A stretch of DNA of 64,000 nt, taken from an uncultured Spirochaetota bacterium. Its GTDB lineage: Bacteria > Spirochaetota > Spirochaetia > SZUA-6 > Fen-1364. The position numbers and the translations under genes are program-made. This document shows positions 1 to 9,401 of the stretch, one piece after another (the stretch's first letter is position 1; every line of letters starts with the position of its first letter). Location of the stretch: assembly GCA_963845535.1 (NCBI GenBank), contig CAWJSK010000019.1, positions 128,001-192,000 on the forward strand. The letters are read 5' to 3'. Below the pieces are notes generated by a model. That model had not been told where the DNA came from. It was given only the letters and a program-made list of their open reading frames with translations, and searched no databases.

Positions 1-1
1 G

Positions 2-193
2 GGCGAGGTGGCAGGGGAACAGTCCGCTGAGGAAGGTGAAAGTGAGACGCCCACCGTCACGGAGGTTGCTCCCGCCGCCCAGCAGGATGAGATGTCCGGC
101 CTCCGGAAGCTCCTTCAAGCGGCCATAGATGAAGAGAACTATGAGGAAGCCGCCCGGTTGCGGGACAGGATACGGGAGATAGAGAGCGCATAG
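2..193 (+). CDS. C-terminal fragment of a UVR (UvrB/UvrC) motif protein, 5'-truncated by the window edge
   Basis: Frame is open from the window start; LRKLLQAAIDEENYEEAARLRDRIREIE is a UVR coiled-coil motif. Confidence 0.75.
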   Translation, partial: GEVAGEQSAEEGESETPTVTEVAPAAQQDEMSGLRKLLQAAIDEENYEEAARLRDRIREIESA

Positions 194-243
194 CGGTATC
201 ACGCAGAGAGTGTGCCATGTCCCTGGCGCGCACAGGCCGGCCC

Positions 244-942
244 TCAGTCCGGCCCGATCGTGGTTCCCGTGTACGCGTCTCCCCTCAGGATGCGCTCAAG
301 GTTCAGAAGGTTCCTTCCCTCCGCGAACACCACGGGTATCCGCGAAGCGGCAGCCGCATGGGCCGCCGTGGCATCGAACGGCGTGTTCTTCCCCGGCGTC
401 CACTCCCCGCCCACGATTTTCAGCATCTCCTTCCACGAGAGCCTTTCCAGCGCGCGAGCGTCAGGGTTCGTGCGAGGGTCAGCCGAATAGACCTGCGCGA
501 TATTCGAAAGGTTGACCACGAGGGACGCCGAGAACCGTTGGGCCAGCACCACGGCGTCGTTGTCCGTGGAAAAACCCGGCTTCCAGCCCGCCGCCACCAT
601 GACCCGGCCGGTGAACACCGTGACGGCGGTGGGATCCGTCACGAGGTTTTCCACGCACCAGGGGCGCAGGATCCGCCGCACCAGCTCGCCGTTCACCCGA
701 GTGGCGGCTATCCCCACCCAGTCCTGGTCCTCGCTGGAGGCCGTTGAAGATGCTTCCCGAAGCGCCGCCTGGTATTCGCGGGCAAGGCTCCCGCCTCCGC
801 AGACAATGATGAGCTTGCGGTTCGGATCCCCGGATAGGTGGCCCTCGACGAGGCGGGCAAAGTCCTTGAGGAAGGGGACGTCGAGCCCCTTCGGAGCGAT
901 GATCGATCCCCCCAGGGAAATGACGGCAACATTTGGTGTCAT
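244..942 (-). CDS. pyrH: UMP kinase, archaeal type
   Basis: VISLGGS, IIVCGGG, AGWKPGFSTD, VYSADP and PFD motifs; ATG 942 lies 6 nt downstream of a TATAGT -10 box. Confidence 0.92.
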   Translation of the reverse strand: MTPNVAVISLGGSIIAPKGLDVPFLKDFARLVEGHLSGDPNRKLIIVCGGGSLAREYQAALREASSTASSEDQDWVGIAATRVNGELVRRILRPWCVENLVTDPTAVTVFTGRVMVAAGWKPGFSTDNDAVVLAQRFSASLVVNLSNIAQVYSADPRTNPDARALERLSWKEMLKIVGGEWTPGKNTPFDATAAHAAAASRIPVVFAEGRNLLNLERILRGDAYTGTTIGPD

Positions 943-948
943 GTCTGA

Positions 949-1014
949 ACTATAGATCAATCACGGGTGGACGGCCAGAGTGGCCTTGCAAAACGGTACG
1001 AGTGAGTCTATATC
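949..1014. promoter_or_regulatory. Divergent sigma70-like promoters for pyrH and the serA-like gene, probably leaderless
   Basis: + strand TTGCAA(986-991)-17-TATATC(1009-1014) then 6 nt to ATG 1021; - strand TATAGT(954-949) then 6 nt to ATG 942. Confidence 0.5.
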
Positions 1015-1020
1015 TGGACC

Positions 1021-1977
1021 ATGGAAAAGATGAAGATCTTCGTTGCGGATTCGATCTCGAAGGAAGGGATTGCGGAGTTCGGGAAGCACCCCGAGCTGGA
1101 GCTGGTGGTCAAGACGGGGCTCGCGCCGGACAAGCTCGCCGCGGAGCTGGGCGGCAGTGTGGGGCTGGTGGTGCGCTCGGCGACGCAGGCCTCCCGGGAG
1201 ATCATCGGCGCCGGCACAAGCCTCAAGGTCATTGGCCGGGCGGGCGCGGGAGTGGACAACATCGACGTCGCCGCCGCCTCAGAGCGGGGCATCCTGGTCC
1301 TGAACACTCCGGGAGGGAACGCGGAAGCGGCCGGAGAGCTTGCCATCGCCATGATGTTCGCCCTTGCCCGCGAGCTGACGCGCGCTGACGCAACCATGAA
1401 AGCGGGCGCGTGGGACAAGAAGAGCTTCAGCGGCTGTGAGCTGCTTGGGAAAACCCTTGGGCTCCTGGGGATCGGAAACGTGGGAAGCATTGTCGGCTCC
1501 CGCGCGCTTGCCCTGGGAATGAAGGTCGTTGCATATGACCCGTTCGTCAGCGCGGACAAGGCGAAGTCCCTCGGCTTCACGCTCGCGGGCTTTGACGAGG
1601 TCATCCAGGCCGCGGACTTCATTTCCATTCACGCCCCTAAGACCGCTGACACCAAGGGCATCCTCAACGCGAAGGCTTTTGCCCGGATGAAGAAAGGCGT
1701 GTACATCGTCAACTGCGCCCGGGGCGGGATTGTCGTGGAGAAGGACCTGCTGACTGCCCTGGAGAGCGGAACCGTGAAAGGCGCGGGGGTCGACGTCTAC
1801 GACAAAGAACCCCCTGATGACTGGACACTCGCGAAGCATCCGCGCGTGATTGCAACTCCGCACATCGGAGCTTCCACGGGAGAAGCCCAGGTCAACGTGT
1901 CGGTCATGATTGCCCGACAGATCGCCGCTTATCTCCTCACGGGAGAGGTGATCAACGCGGTCAACGGGGCCAAATAG
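1021..1977 (+). CDS. serA: D-3-phosphoglycerate dehydrogenase / D-2-hydroxyacid dehydrogenase (short form, no ACT domain)
   Basis: GRAGAGVDNID, GLLGIGNVG, NCARGG, DVYDKEPP, TPHIGAST. Confidence 0.85.
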   Translation: MEKMKIFVADSISKEGIAEFGKHPELELVVKTGLAPDKLAAELGGSVGLVVRSATQASREIIGAGTSLKVIGRAGAGVDNIDVAAASERGILVLNTPGGNAEAAGELAIAMMFALARELTRADATMKAGAWDKKSFSGCELLGKTLGLLGIGNVGSIVGSRALALGMKVVAYDPFVSADKAKSLGFTLAGFDEVIQAADFISIHAPKTADTKGILNAKAFARMKKGVYIVNCARGGIVVEKDLLTALESGTVKGAGVDVYDKEPPDDWTLAKHPRVIATPHIGASTGEAQVNVSVMIARQIAAYLLTGEVINAVNGAK

Positions 1978-2067
1978 CGGGCAGAAGCCCGGCCGAGCGC
2001 GGCAGAGGGCCACAGAGGCGGAAGGCCGTCTATCGAGGCTGAAAGCCGCGCGGCGCCGCTCCCATCC

Positions 2068-2096
2068 TTGCCGTTTTCCTTGTCCAGGGGTACATT
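2068..2096 (+). promoter_or_regulatory. sigma70-like promoter
   Basis: TTGCCG-17-TACATT upstream of SD GGGAG and ATG 2115. Confidence 0.5.
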
Positions 2097-2114
2097 GCGG
2101 ATGGGAGTGGGAAC

Positions 2115-2909
2115 ATGAGCTCCGACATCACTGATATCCTGCGGGAGTGGGAGTTCGACTCGGATAACCAGATTCGCATCATCCAGGCTGATGACGGCCG
2201 GCAGGTGCTTCAGGTGCGCCAGCCAATGGGAATGGAGCAATACGAGCTTGACGGGCGGCCTGACGGCAAGCATCCCCTCGGCCGTGAGAGCATGGTGGAG
2301 GAATACCAGGCGCGCCTGGAGAACTACAGGAGCGCCCACGGGACGGATGACGGTTTCACCATCACCCATGACGACTTCGCCCACCTCCAGGGGGAAGGTG
2401 TCCTGTACTACTTCCGTTACCTCGTCCTGTTCCAGATCGGGGATTTCGTCCGCACGGCCCGTGACACCGAGCACAACCTCAGCCTGTTCTCCCTCGTGGA
2501 GAAATACGGAGAAAGCGACGAGGACAGGAAGGAATTGCTCCAGTACAAGCCGTACGTTGTGCGCATGAACGCCATTGCCCGGGCCATGATCTCGCTCCAC
2601 AAGGAGATGAAGGACGCGGCGGAGGACATCCTCACGAACGCAATCAGCGCCATCGAGGGAATGAATGAGATCGACACGCCGGCGTTCCAGTTCGAGCGGG
2701 TGAGGTCCCTCAACTACCTCAAGGCCACCTTGAAACAGATCCATGAAAAGAAGGAAACCCCTCTGGACGCGCTGAAGACCGAGCTCTCAACCGCCATCGA
2801 TGCGGAAGACTACGAAAAGGCCGCCGTGATCAGGGACCGAATCCGCCAAGTCGAAAGGGAGGAGACTTCCTCCGACCCGGCAGGACCTGAGAGCGACGCC
2901 GCGCCGTAA
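2115..2909 (+). CDS. UvrB/UvrC (UVR) motif-containing protein
   Basis: N-terminal LQVRQPMGMEQYELDGRPDG; C-terminal LSTAIDAEDYEKAAVIRDRI UVR motif. Confidence 0.8.
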   Translation: MSSDITDILREWEFDSDNQIRIIQADDGRQVLQVRQPMGMEQYELDGRPDGKHPLGRESMVEEYQARLENYRSAHGTDDGFTITHDDFAHLQGEGVLYYFRYLVLFQIGDFVRTARDTEHNLSLFSLVEKYGESDEDRKELLQYKPYVVRMNAIARAMISLHKEMKDAAEDILTNAISAIEGMNEIDTPAFQFERVRSLNYLKATLKQIHEKKETPLDALKTELSTAIDAEDYEKAAVIRDRIRQVEREETSSDPAGPESDAAP

Positions 2910-2956
2910 TCAGCACAGCCGAGCCTCTTCGCCGCACCGTGTTCCTGCCCCGCATC

Positions 2957-2985
2957 TTGTTCCTTCCCGCCCGCCCTGCTATCCT
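2957..2985 (+). promoter_or_regulatory. sigma70-like promoter with extended -10
   Basis: TTGTTC-17-TATCCT with TG at -15/-14. Confidence 0.45.
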
Positions 2986-3005
2986 CACCGTCAGGGGATG
3001 AGACG

Positions 3006-3353
3006 ATGATCAGGAGAAAAGCCGACATGGAGAAAGAGGTGCGCGAGCGCATGCGGGACGGCACGGGAACGGTGGAAATCCTGCATGTGTTCCGGCAGAA
3101 AGAGCTGCGGGGGAAGGTCCGGCTTTTTGCCCGCTTGCGCCTCCAGAAAGACTGCTCAATCGGCTACCACCTCCATGACGGTGAGGAGGAGATATTCTAC
3201 ATTCTCTCAGGAACCGGCACGGTGACCGAAGGTGACACCACCTCCGTTGTCGGTCCCGGAGATGCGGTCCTGACCGGGGGCGGCGGTGGACATTCCATCG
3301 AAAACCCGGGTGAGGAACCGCTGGATTTCCTGGCAACCATCCTGTTGTATTGA
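3006..3353 (+). CDS. Cupin domain protein
   Basis: IGYHLHDGEEEIFYILSGTG and GHSIEN cupin motifs. Confidence 0.9.
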   Translation: MIRRKADMEKEVRERMRDGTGTVEILHVFRQKELRGKVRLFARLRLQKDCSIGYHLHDGEEEIFYILSGTGTVTEGDTTSVVGPGDAVLTGGGGGHSIENPGEEPLDFLATILLY

Positions 3354-6010
3354 GACTCCGACCAATGTTTGCATTCCTTCGTCCCCGCGCTCCCCAAGAG
3401 AAGCTCGCAAGCTCTTTTCACTGGCTCGACAGGAGGATCTTCCCCCAGACAGAGACGCAGGGGTACTCCGCCCGACAGGAGCACGGCGCGTTCCGCCTGG
3501 AGCTGCGCAAGGAGAGCTACTTCGCCTGGGAGACCATGGTTCCCGAAAGGCGGTTCACCGACTTCGTGCTCGAGGCGGAGCTGGAAGCCGACCCGTCGAA
3601 CGGGCATTCGGCGCTCGGCGTCGTCCTGCGCCACGTGAACGATGAGAACTTCTATTTCTTCCTCCTCTCCTCGCGCGGGGACTATCGATTCGACCTGCTG
3701 TTCAACAACCATCCCCGGCACCTCATCGAGTGGACGCGCCTGCCGGAGCCCGACGGCCCGTCCCGCAGGCTTTCCCTGGTGGCCCACGGTTCGCATTTCT
3801 CCTTTGTGGTGGATGACGAGTGGGTGGGTGAGATCGATGACGAAGTCCTGCCCGCGGGCGGGATCGGGTTCGCGGCGCAGACCTTCCAATCCGCTCCGGG
3901 AGGGGTCTTCCGCCTTCGCCGTCTGGCCGTGAATACCCGGCCGCTGGATGTGGAGAGGGAGCACCTGCGCTGGACGTACTTTTTCCCCGCCTCTCCGCAG
4001 GCGCGCGTCGGGCTTGCCGAGACGTTTTTCGGGATGGGAAGCTACCACGCCGCCATTGTCCAGCTCCACCGCGGGCTCAAGAACAGGGAGGGCACCGCGC
4101 CTGAGCATTTCCTCCTGGCGGAGAGCTGCGCCCGGCTTTCCCTTCTTCCGGAGGCGATTGCTGAGATCGACACGGTGCTCCGCATGGAGCCCGGTCACAA
4201 GGAGGCGCGGCAGGAGAAGCCCAACCTCCTGTATCTTGCCAATCGGCTCCCGGAAGCGCGGGACGAGATGCGCGCGCTTCTTGCGGATGAAGCTTTTTCC
4301 CAGGGGCCCGCGGCGTGGAACCTCCTGGGGAATGCCGAGTACGGGCTGGGCAACTGGGAAAAAGCTTCGGAGGCGTACCTGCGGGCGTGCGACCTTCAAC
4401 CCGGCATGCCTCTTTTCCTCGGGAATGCGGCCCGAAGCCTTGAGCGTGAGGGACGAACAGCGGAGGCAACGGACCTGTACCTGAAGGCGGCCCGGGCTTT
4501 GTTCGCGGAGGAGACCTTCGACGAGCTTTCCCTCCTCCTCCCGAGGCTTCACGCGCTCGACCCTGGCAACGCCGAGGTCCGGTCCCTGGAAGCGCGGATG
4601 CTCTACCGGGAAGGGAAGACGGAAGAGGCGCAACGCATTCTCGCGGGGCTCGCGGACGAGGGGAAAGCGGACAGCACGGCAAGCTACCTGCTGGGAATCA
4701 TGCTGAGCGCCCAAGGCCGCAGGGCGGAAGCGCTGCCCCACCTGGAGCGCGCGGCCGCGGCGGAGCGGTCTTTCCCCTTGTACCAGTTTCGACTCGCGGA
4801 AACCCTTCACATGCTTGGGCGGGACCCCGTACCTGCCCTGGACGCGGCGCTCGCGCTTGCCCCGAATGACCCGTGGACGAACAACCTCGCGGGGATGATC
4901 AGGATGGAGAAGGGCGATGCGGAGGGGGCCGTGGGGTTTCTCCAGAAGGCGCTTTCCGCCGCTCCGGCCGAGATCGACATCGGCATGAACCTCTCCGAGG
5001 CGCTGTCCCGAAGCGGGAAGAACGAGCAGGCAATCCGCGCGCTCGACGAGCTTGCCAGCGCTACCGGCGAAGCAAACGCCGCGCTTGCCAACCAGAAAGG
5101 AAACGTGCGCGTGCGCATGGGGGACAACGCCGGTGCGGTGACGGAATACGAGAGCGCCATCCGCCTTGACCCTGACAACCCCGCGTACAAGGAGAACTGC
5201 GCGGCCGCCTGCATCGAGATGGACATGGTCCACCGCGCGGAGGAGTTGCTGGCGGAGGTGGAGGAGGAGCATCCCTCGGCTTCCGTGTACAACCTGCTGG
5301 GAAACGTGGCGGTGCTGAAGGGCGAGCTGATCCGCGCGGAGATGGCGTACAACGCCGGTCTGAGGCTCGAAGCGGACAACACGGACATCAAAATCAACCT
5401 CGCCATGCTGTACGCGCAGAAGAACGACTATGCAAAAAGCAGGGCGATTCTGGAGGGCATCCTTGCCGGCTCTCCCGGCCATCCCCGCGCCGCCCGCGCG
5501 CTGGAGCGCGCGCGCTCTCAGCATGAAACGCGCATCACGTGCGCGCAGTGCGGGCGCGAGTGGTGGGCGCCGAAGGACCTGCCGTCGCAGCCGGGGCTGA
5601 CGGTCCGCGGCGAGCCGCCCGGGGACGCCCCTGCCGGCCGGTGTCCGAAATGCGGCAGGGTCTACTGCGTGTCGTGCGCGTCGGCGAACATCAAAGACAT
5701 GCGTTTTTTCTGCCCCTCTTGCAGTGAGAACTTGAAGCTTTCTGAAGACTCGTTGAAGTGGCTCCTGGCTCGGGCCATCGATGCAGCGCCCCTTCCCGAA
5801 GCAGCGCCTTCAGCCCGTCCTGACGCGGCCCCTGCGCCTGTGCCGCCTTCGGACGTCGAGGAGGAGGGGATGTGGGCGATGCCCGGGGACGACGCCGGAA
5901 GCCCGGAACCGGCCTCCGCCAAGGATGGAGACGAAAGCGCGCCGGTAGACGGCGGGGCTTCCGAAGGCAGCGCACCGGCAGACGGCGGGGCTTCCGAAGG
6001 CGGCTCGTGA
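3350..6010 (+). CDS. Large TPR protein with an N-terminal beta-sandwich (DUF1080/LamG-like) domain and a C-terminal 8-Cys zinc finger
   Basis: TPR-like repeats (AWNLLGNAEYGLG, ANQKGNV, VYNLLGNV); CAQC...CPKC..CVSC..CPSC; exact start uncertain. Confidence 0.8.
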   Translation: MRLRPMFAFLRPRAPQEKLASSFHWLDRRIFPQTETQGYSARQEHGAFRLELRKESYFAWETMVPERRFTDFVLEAELEADPSNGHSALGVVLRHVNDENFYFFLLSSRGDYRFDLLFNNHPRHLIEWTRLPEPDGPSRRLSLVAHGSHFSFVVDDEWVGEIDDEVLPAGGIGFAAQTFQSAPGGVFRLRRLAVNTRPLDVEREHLRWTYFFPASPQARVGLAETFFGMGSYHAAIVQLHRGLKNREGTAPEHFLLAESCARLSLLPEAIAEIDTVLRMEPGHKEARQEKPNLLYLANRLPEARDEMRALLADEAFSQGPAAWNLLGNAEYGLGNWEKASEAYLRACDLQPGMPLFLGNAARSLEREGRTAEATDLYLKAARALFAEETFDELSLLLPRLHALDPGNAEVRSLEARMLYREGKTEEAQRILAGLADEGKADSTASYLLGIMLSAQGRRAEALPHLERAAAAERSFPLYQFRLAETLHMLGRDPVPALDAALALAPNDPWTNNLAGMIRMEKGDAEGAVGFLQKALSAAPAEIDIGMNLSEALSRSGKNEQAIRALDELASATGEANAALANQKGNVRVRMGDNAGAVTEYESAIRLDPDNPAYKENCAAACIEMDMVHRAEELLAEVEEEHPSASVYNLLGNVAVLKGELIRAEMAYNAGLRLEADNTDIKINLAMLYAQKNDYAKSRAILEGILAGSPGHPRAARALERARSQHETRITCAQCGREWWAPKDLPSQPGLTVRGEPPGDAPAGRCPKCGRVYCVSCASANIKDMRFFCPSCSENLKLSEDSLKWLLARAIDAAPLPEAAPSARPDAAPAPVPPSDVEEEGMWAMPGDDAGSPEPASAKDGDESAPVDGGASEGSAPADGGASEGGS
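5936..6001 (+). repeat. Intragenic 33-bp tandem duplication (SAPxDGGASEG x2)
   Basis: agcgcgccggtagacggcggggcttccgaaggc followed by agcgcaccggcagacggcggggcttccgaaggc. Confidence 0.85.
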
Positions 6011-6038
6011 GCCGCGCTTCGCGCGGTGCGTGCTTGTC

Positions 6039-6066
6039 TTGACAAAGGAGGGTCCATCAATAGTAT
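6039..6066 (+). promoter_or_regulatory. sigma70-like promoter of the lolA-rodZ-rimO-uvrD run
   Basis: TTGACA-16-TAGTAT. Confidence 0.55.
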
Positions 6067-6120
6067 GGTACCATCCTGTCGGGCGGGCGCGCATCGCCTG
6101 AGGGATCGGTAAAAGGGCAC

Positions 6121-6798
6121 TTGTTGAGCAGAAAAGCTTTCCTTTCCACTCTTTTTCTCGTTTTCGCAGCCTGTCTGACGTTCGGGCAGGACATGGTTTC
6201 CGCGGAGAAGTTCTTCGCTTCCCTTTCGGCGAGCTTCGGGGCGGTGAAGGATTACGAGGCGGCAATCACGATCACACAGGGGAAGACGACATCTCACGGT
6301 AAGATTTCCTACAAGTCGCCGTTCTATTTGCGCATCGATTTCGATGACCCCAAGGGACAGGTGGTGGTGTTCGACGGGGAGACACTTACGTTCTTCTCAC
6401 CCCAGTACGAGGTGGTCCTCGAACAGAAGTACAAGAAGAAGGGCGCGGCGCAGATCGAGAGTCTTGCCAGCAGCCAGGGGCTGTCCATCCTGCAGCGAAA
6501 TTACTCAGTGGCGTACCTGACGGGGCCCGCTCCGGTTCCCCTTGATGACGGCTCCCGGGAGATGGTGGTGAAGCTGAAGCTGACGGCGCACGGCACCACG
6601 GGCTTCAACCAGCTCATCATCTCCGTCAAGGACCAGCTCATCCGGAGGATCGAGGGGACCGAAGTGAACGGAGAACAGATCACGATGGACATTGCGAACA
6701 TCCGGATCAACCAGGGCGTGCCGGACGAACGCTTCACGTATGATCCTCCCCCGTACGCGAACGTCATCTCGGACTGGCTCTTCGATACGGAAGAGTAG
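6121..6798 (+). CDS. lolA: Outer-membrane lipoprotein carrier LolA family protein
   Basis: Signal peptide; YKSPFYLRIDFDDPKGQVVVFDGE; C-terminal FTYDPPPYANV. Confidence 0.85.
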   Translation: MLSRKAFLSTLFLVFAACLTFGQDMVSAEKFFASLSASFGAVKDYEAAITITQGKTTSHGKISYKSPFYLRIDFDDPKGQVVVFDGETLTFFSPQYEVVLEQKYKKKGAAQIESLASSQGLSILQRNYSVAYLTGPAPVPLDDGSREMVVKLKLTAHGTTGFNQLIISVKDQLIRRIEGTEVNGEQITMDIANIRINQGVPDERFTYDPPPYANVISDWLFDTEE

Positions 6799-6801
6799 GG
6801 T

Positions 6802-8031
6802 ATGGAATCCATCGGCGAAAAACTTCGGCTGGCCCGGGAACGCAACAATCTGACCCTGGAGCAGATTGCGCGTGACACGCACGTGGCAAAACGGTTCCTC
6901 AAGGCCCTCGAGGATGAGGACTTCTCCGTCTTTCCCGGGGAGACCTACGTGATGGGCTTTCTGCGCAATTACTCGGAATACCTCGGACTGAACCCCGAGG
7001 AGCTCGTTGCGGTCTATCGGAACATCAAAATCCAGGAGCAGCCGCTTCCCATGAGCGAGCTTCTGGAGTCTCGGCCCAAGTACCCGCCTCTTCTGGTGGT
7101 CGTGGCCGCGGTGGCCGCGGTGCTCATCCTGGCCGCCACGGGCTACCTGATCTTCCGGGCCGCCTCCCACGGAGCCGGCGGCGCCCAGGCTGCCGTAAAG
7201 GCGCAGGGCGGCGCCCATAATGAGTTCGTCTTCCAGGACGAAGTGCGCACAATGTGGTTTGCAACCGGGGACGTGATCAGCGTTCCCGTGTCCGGCAAGA
7301 CCTACCAGATCCAGGTGGGAGCAATCGGGGACACGCTGACGCTCAAAGTGCCCGGCGGCACGGTGGACCTCACCCTTGGCAAGGAGAGATACATCGACCT
7401 GCAGGGTGACTCCTCGGCGGACATCAAGGTGGTCTGGAACGACGTGGACCGGACCTCCCCGCAAGTTCGCGTCAACCTCGGGCTGTACAGGACCGCGGGA
7501 CAGCCCGCGGACAATTCGACGGGGGCCGCGGCAGCGACGCCGGGCGCTCCGGCGGCGGGAGCGGCGGCCGGCGGCGCGCCAGCGGCGTCGAACGCCGCGC
7601 AGTCTGGCGCCGCCGCCTCGAACGCGCCCGCGGCTGGCCACGGCGCGGATTCGGGGGCAAATGCCGTCCCCGCAGCTTCCGCTGCGCCGCCCGTGGGAGG
7701 CGGCGACTTCGCTCCCGTCACCCTCATGAAGAGCCCCACCGCGTCTCCCTTCACGCTGGACTTTGCGTTCACGGGGGACTGTCTGTTCCGCTTCCTGGTG
7801 GATGACAAGGACCGTGAGGACCGCTTCTTCCAGAAGGGCGAGCAGTTCAGCATCGAGGCCGCGCAGAGGCAGGTCACGATCTGGCTGTCGAACGCCGGCG
7901 CGGCGCGCATGCGCGTTGACAACCGGGATTTCGAGCTGGGCGCGCTCGGAGAGGTTGCCACCCGCACGGTCGCCTGGCGCAAGGATTCGGCCGCGGCCGG
8001 GTATGTCCTCGAGATCACCGCGCTCTACTAA
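6802..8031 (+). CDS. rodZ: RodZ-like HTH membrane protein
   Basis: IGEKLRLARE...KALEDEDF...YVMGFLRNYSEYLGL HTH, one TM helix, C-terminal WLSNAGA domain. Confidence 0.8.
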   Translation: MESIGEKLRLARERNNLTLEQIARDTHVAKRFLKALEDEDFSVFPGETYVMGFLRNYSEYLGLNPEELVAVYRNIKIQEQPLPMSELLESRPKYPPLLVVVAAVAAVLILAATGYLIFRAASHGAGGAQAAVKAQGGAHNEFVFQDEVRTMWFATGDVISVPVSGKTYQIQVGAIGDTLTLKVPGGTVDLTLGKERYIDLQGDSSADIKVVWNDVDRTSPQVRVNLGLYRTAGQPADNSTGAAAATPGAPAAGAAAGGAPAASNAAQSGAAASNAPAAGHGADSGANAVPAASAAPPVGGGDFAPVTLMKSPTASPFTLDFAFTGDCLFRFLVDDKDREDRFFQKGEQFSIEAAQRQVTIWLSNAGAARMRVDNRDFELGALGEVATRTVAWRKDSAAAGYVLEITALY

Positions 8032-9373
8032 AGCCACGGCCCGCACCAGCATCCCCGTTCCCCGTTCCTTTCACATCGAGAGCCTCGGGTGCGCGAAAAA
8101 CCAGGTCGACTCGGAGCTGATGATCGCGGCGCTCCAGAGGGAGGGGTGGACGCTTTCGGAAACTCCGGAAGCCGCCGAGGTCCTGATCGTCAACACGTGC
8201 GGCTTTATCTCGCCGGCGAAGACGGAGTCCATTGAAACGACCCTCGGCCTCAAGGCGCGTTTTCCCCACAAGAAAGTCATCATGGCGGGTTGCCTGACGG
8301 AGCGCTACGGCAGGGAGCTTGCCGCGGAGTTGAACGAGATTGACGGCTTCCTGGGAAACAAGGACCCTCACGCCATCATCGAGCTGGTGGAACAGGGAAG
8401 CCGCATGGCTTTGGCGGGACGCGCGGGCGCTCCGAAGGCCGCCTCCGGGCAGCGGCTGGAGAGGACAAGGCTCCTGTCGTTCCCCGGCTCCGCCTACGTG
8501 AAAGTGGCGGAGGGCTGCTCGAACCGCTGCACGTATTGCGCCATCCCGCTGATCCGAGGCGACCTGGCCAGCAGGTCCGTGGAGTCGATCCTGGAAGAGA
8601 TACGGGGCCTTCTGGCCAGGGGAGTGAAGGAGCTGATCTTCATCGCCCAGGACCTCGGGAGCTTCGGGCTGGATCGCGGCGGCCCTGAGCTGCCCCGGCT
8701 TCTGAACGCCGTGGCCTCCCTGGAGGGCCAGTTCTGGGTGCGCCTTCTGTACATTCATCCCGACAGGTTCCCGAGGGAGATATTGGCCATCATGTCACGC
8801 GACCCCCGGTTCCTTCCCTATTTTGATCTGCCGTTCCAGCACGCCGCCCCAAGGATATTGCGGGCCATGGGCCGCACGGGAATGGCTGAAGAGAACCTCG
8901 GGCTATTGGATGACATACGCCGGCGCCTGCCGAATGCGGTCATCCGCTCGACGTTCCTGCTGGGATTCCCCGGAGAATCGGAGGAGGATTTCCGGCTCCT
9001 GCTCGACTTCCAGCAGAAGGCGCGTTTCACATGGCTCGGGGCCTTCACCTATTCGCGGGAGGAAGGTACGCTGGCCTACGGCATGAAAGAAAAGGTGACA
9101 AAGGCCGTTGCCGAGGGACGGATGCATGAGATCGAGAGCCGGCAAGTCCCGATCACCGCGGAAGCGCTCGACGCCCAGGTCGGACGCACGCTGGACGTTC
9201 TCATTGAGGAAAAAGTGGAGGGTGAAGACATGAGCATTGGAAGGGCTTGCCTCCATGCCCCCGACGTGGACGGGCTCGTGGTGGTGCGTCGGAGCCTCCC
9301 TCCCGGGGAGTGGGTGCGGGCGCGAATCACCCGGAGAAACGGAGTCGATCTCGAAGGAGAGGCCGTCCTGTGA
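8003..9373 (+). CDS. rimO: Ribosomal protein S12 methylthiotransferase
   Basis: SLGCAKNQVDSE, NTCGFI, EGCSNRCTYCAIP radical SAM motif, APDVDG TRAM; nearest in-frame ATG is 8003. Confidence 0.92.
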   Translation: MSSRSPRSTKATARTSIPVPRSFHIESLGCAKNQVDSELMIAALQREGWTLSETPEAAEVLIVNTCGFISPAKTESIETTLGLKARFPHKKVIMAGCLTERYGRELAAELNEIDGFLGNKDPHAIIELVEQGSRMALAGRAGAPKAASGQRLERTRLLSFPGSAYVKVAEGCSNRCTYCAIPLIRGDLASRSVESILEEIRGLLARGVKELIFIAQDLGSFGLDRGGPELPRLLNAVASLEGQFWVRLLYIHPDRFPREILAIMSRDPRFLPYFDLPFQHAAPRILRAMGRTGMAEENLGLLDDIRRRLPNAVIRSTFLLGFPGESEEDFRLLLDFQQKARFTWLGAFTYSREEGTLAYGMKEKVTKAVAEGRMHEIESRQVPITAEALDAQVGRTLDVLIEEKVEGEDMSIGRACLHAPDVDGLVVVRRSLPPGEWVRARITRRNGVDLEGEAVL

Positions 9374-9401
9374 TTGGTCCGGCCGGGGCGGAGACTTCGC
9401 C

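Noticed and set aside
244..942. Archaeal-type UMP kinase as a novel horizontal transfer
   Set aside because: This PyrH type is already known from spirochaetes; it is useful as a taxonomic clue only
8003..8070. Non-canonical start for rimO (and similarly for recX near 18600-18654)
   Set aside because: In-frame ATG/TTG codons exist nearby; this cannot be distinguished from ordinary gene overlap without data
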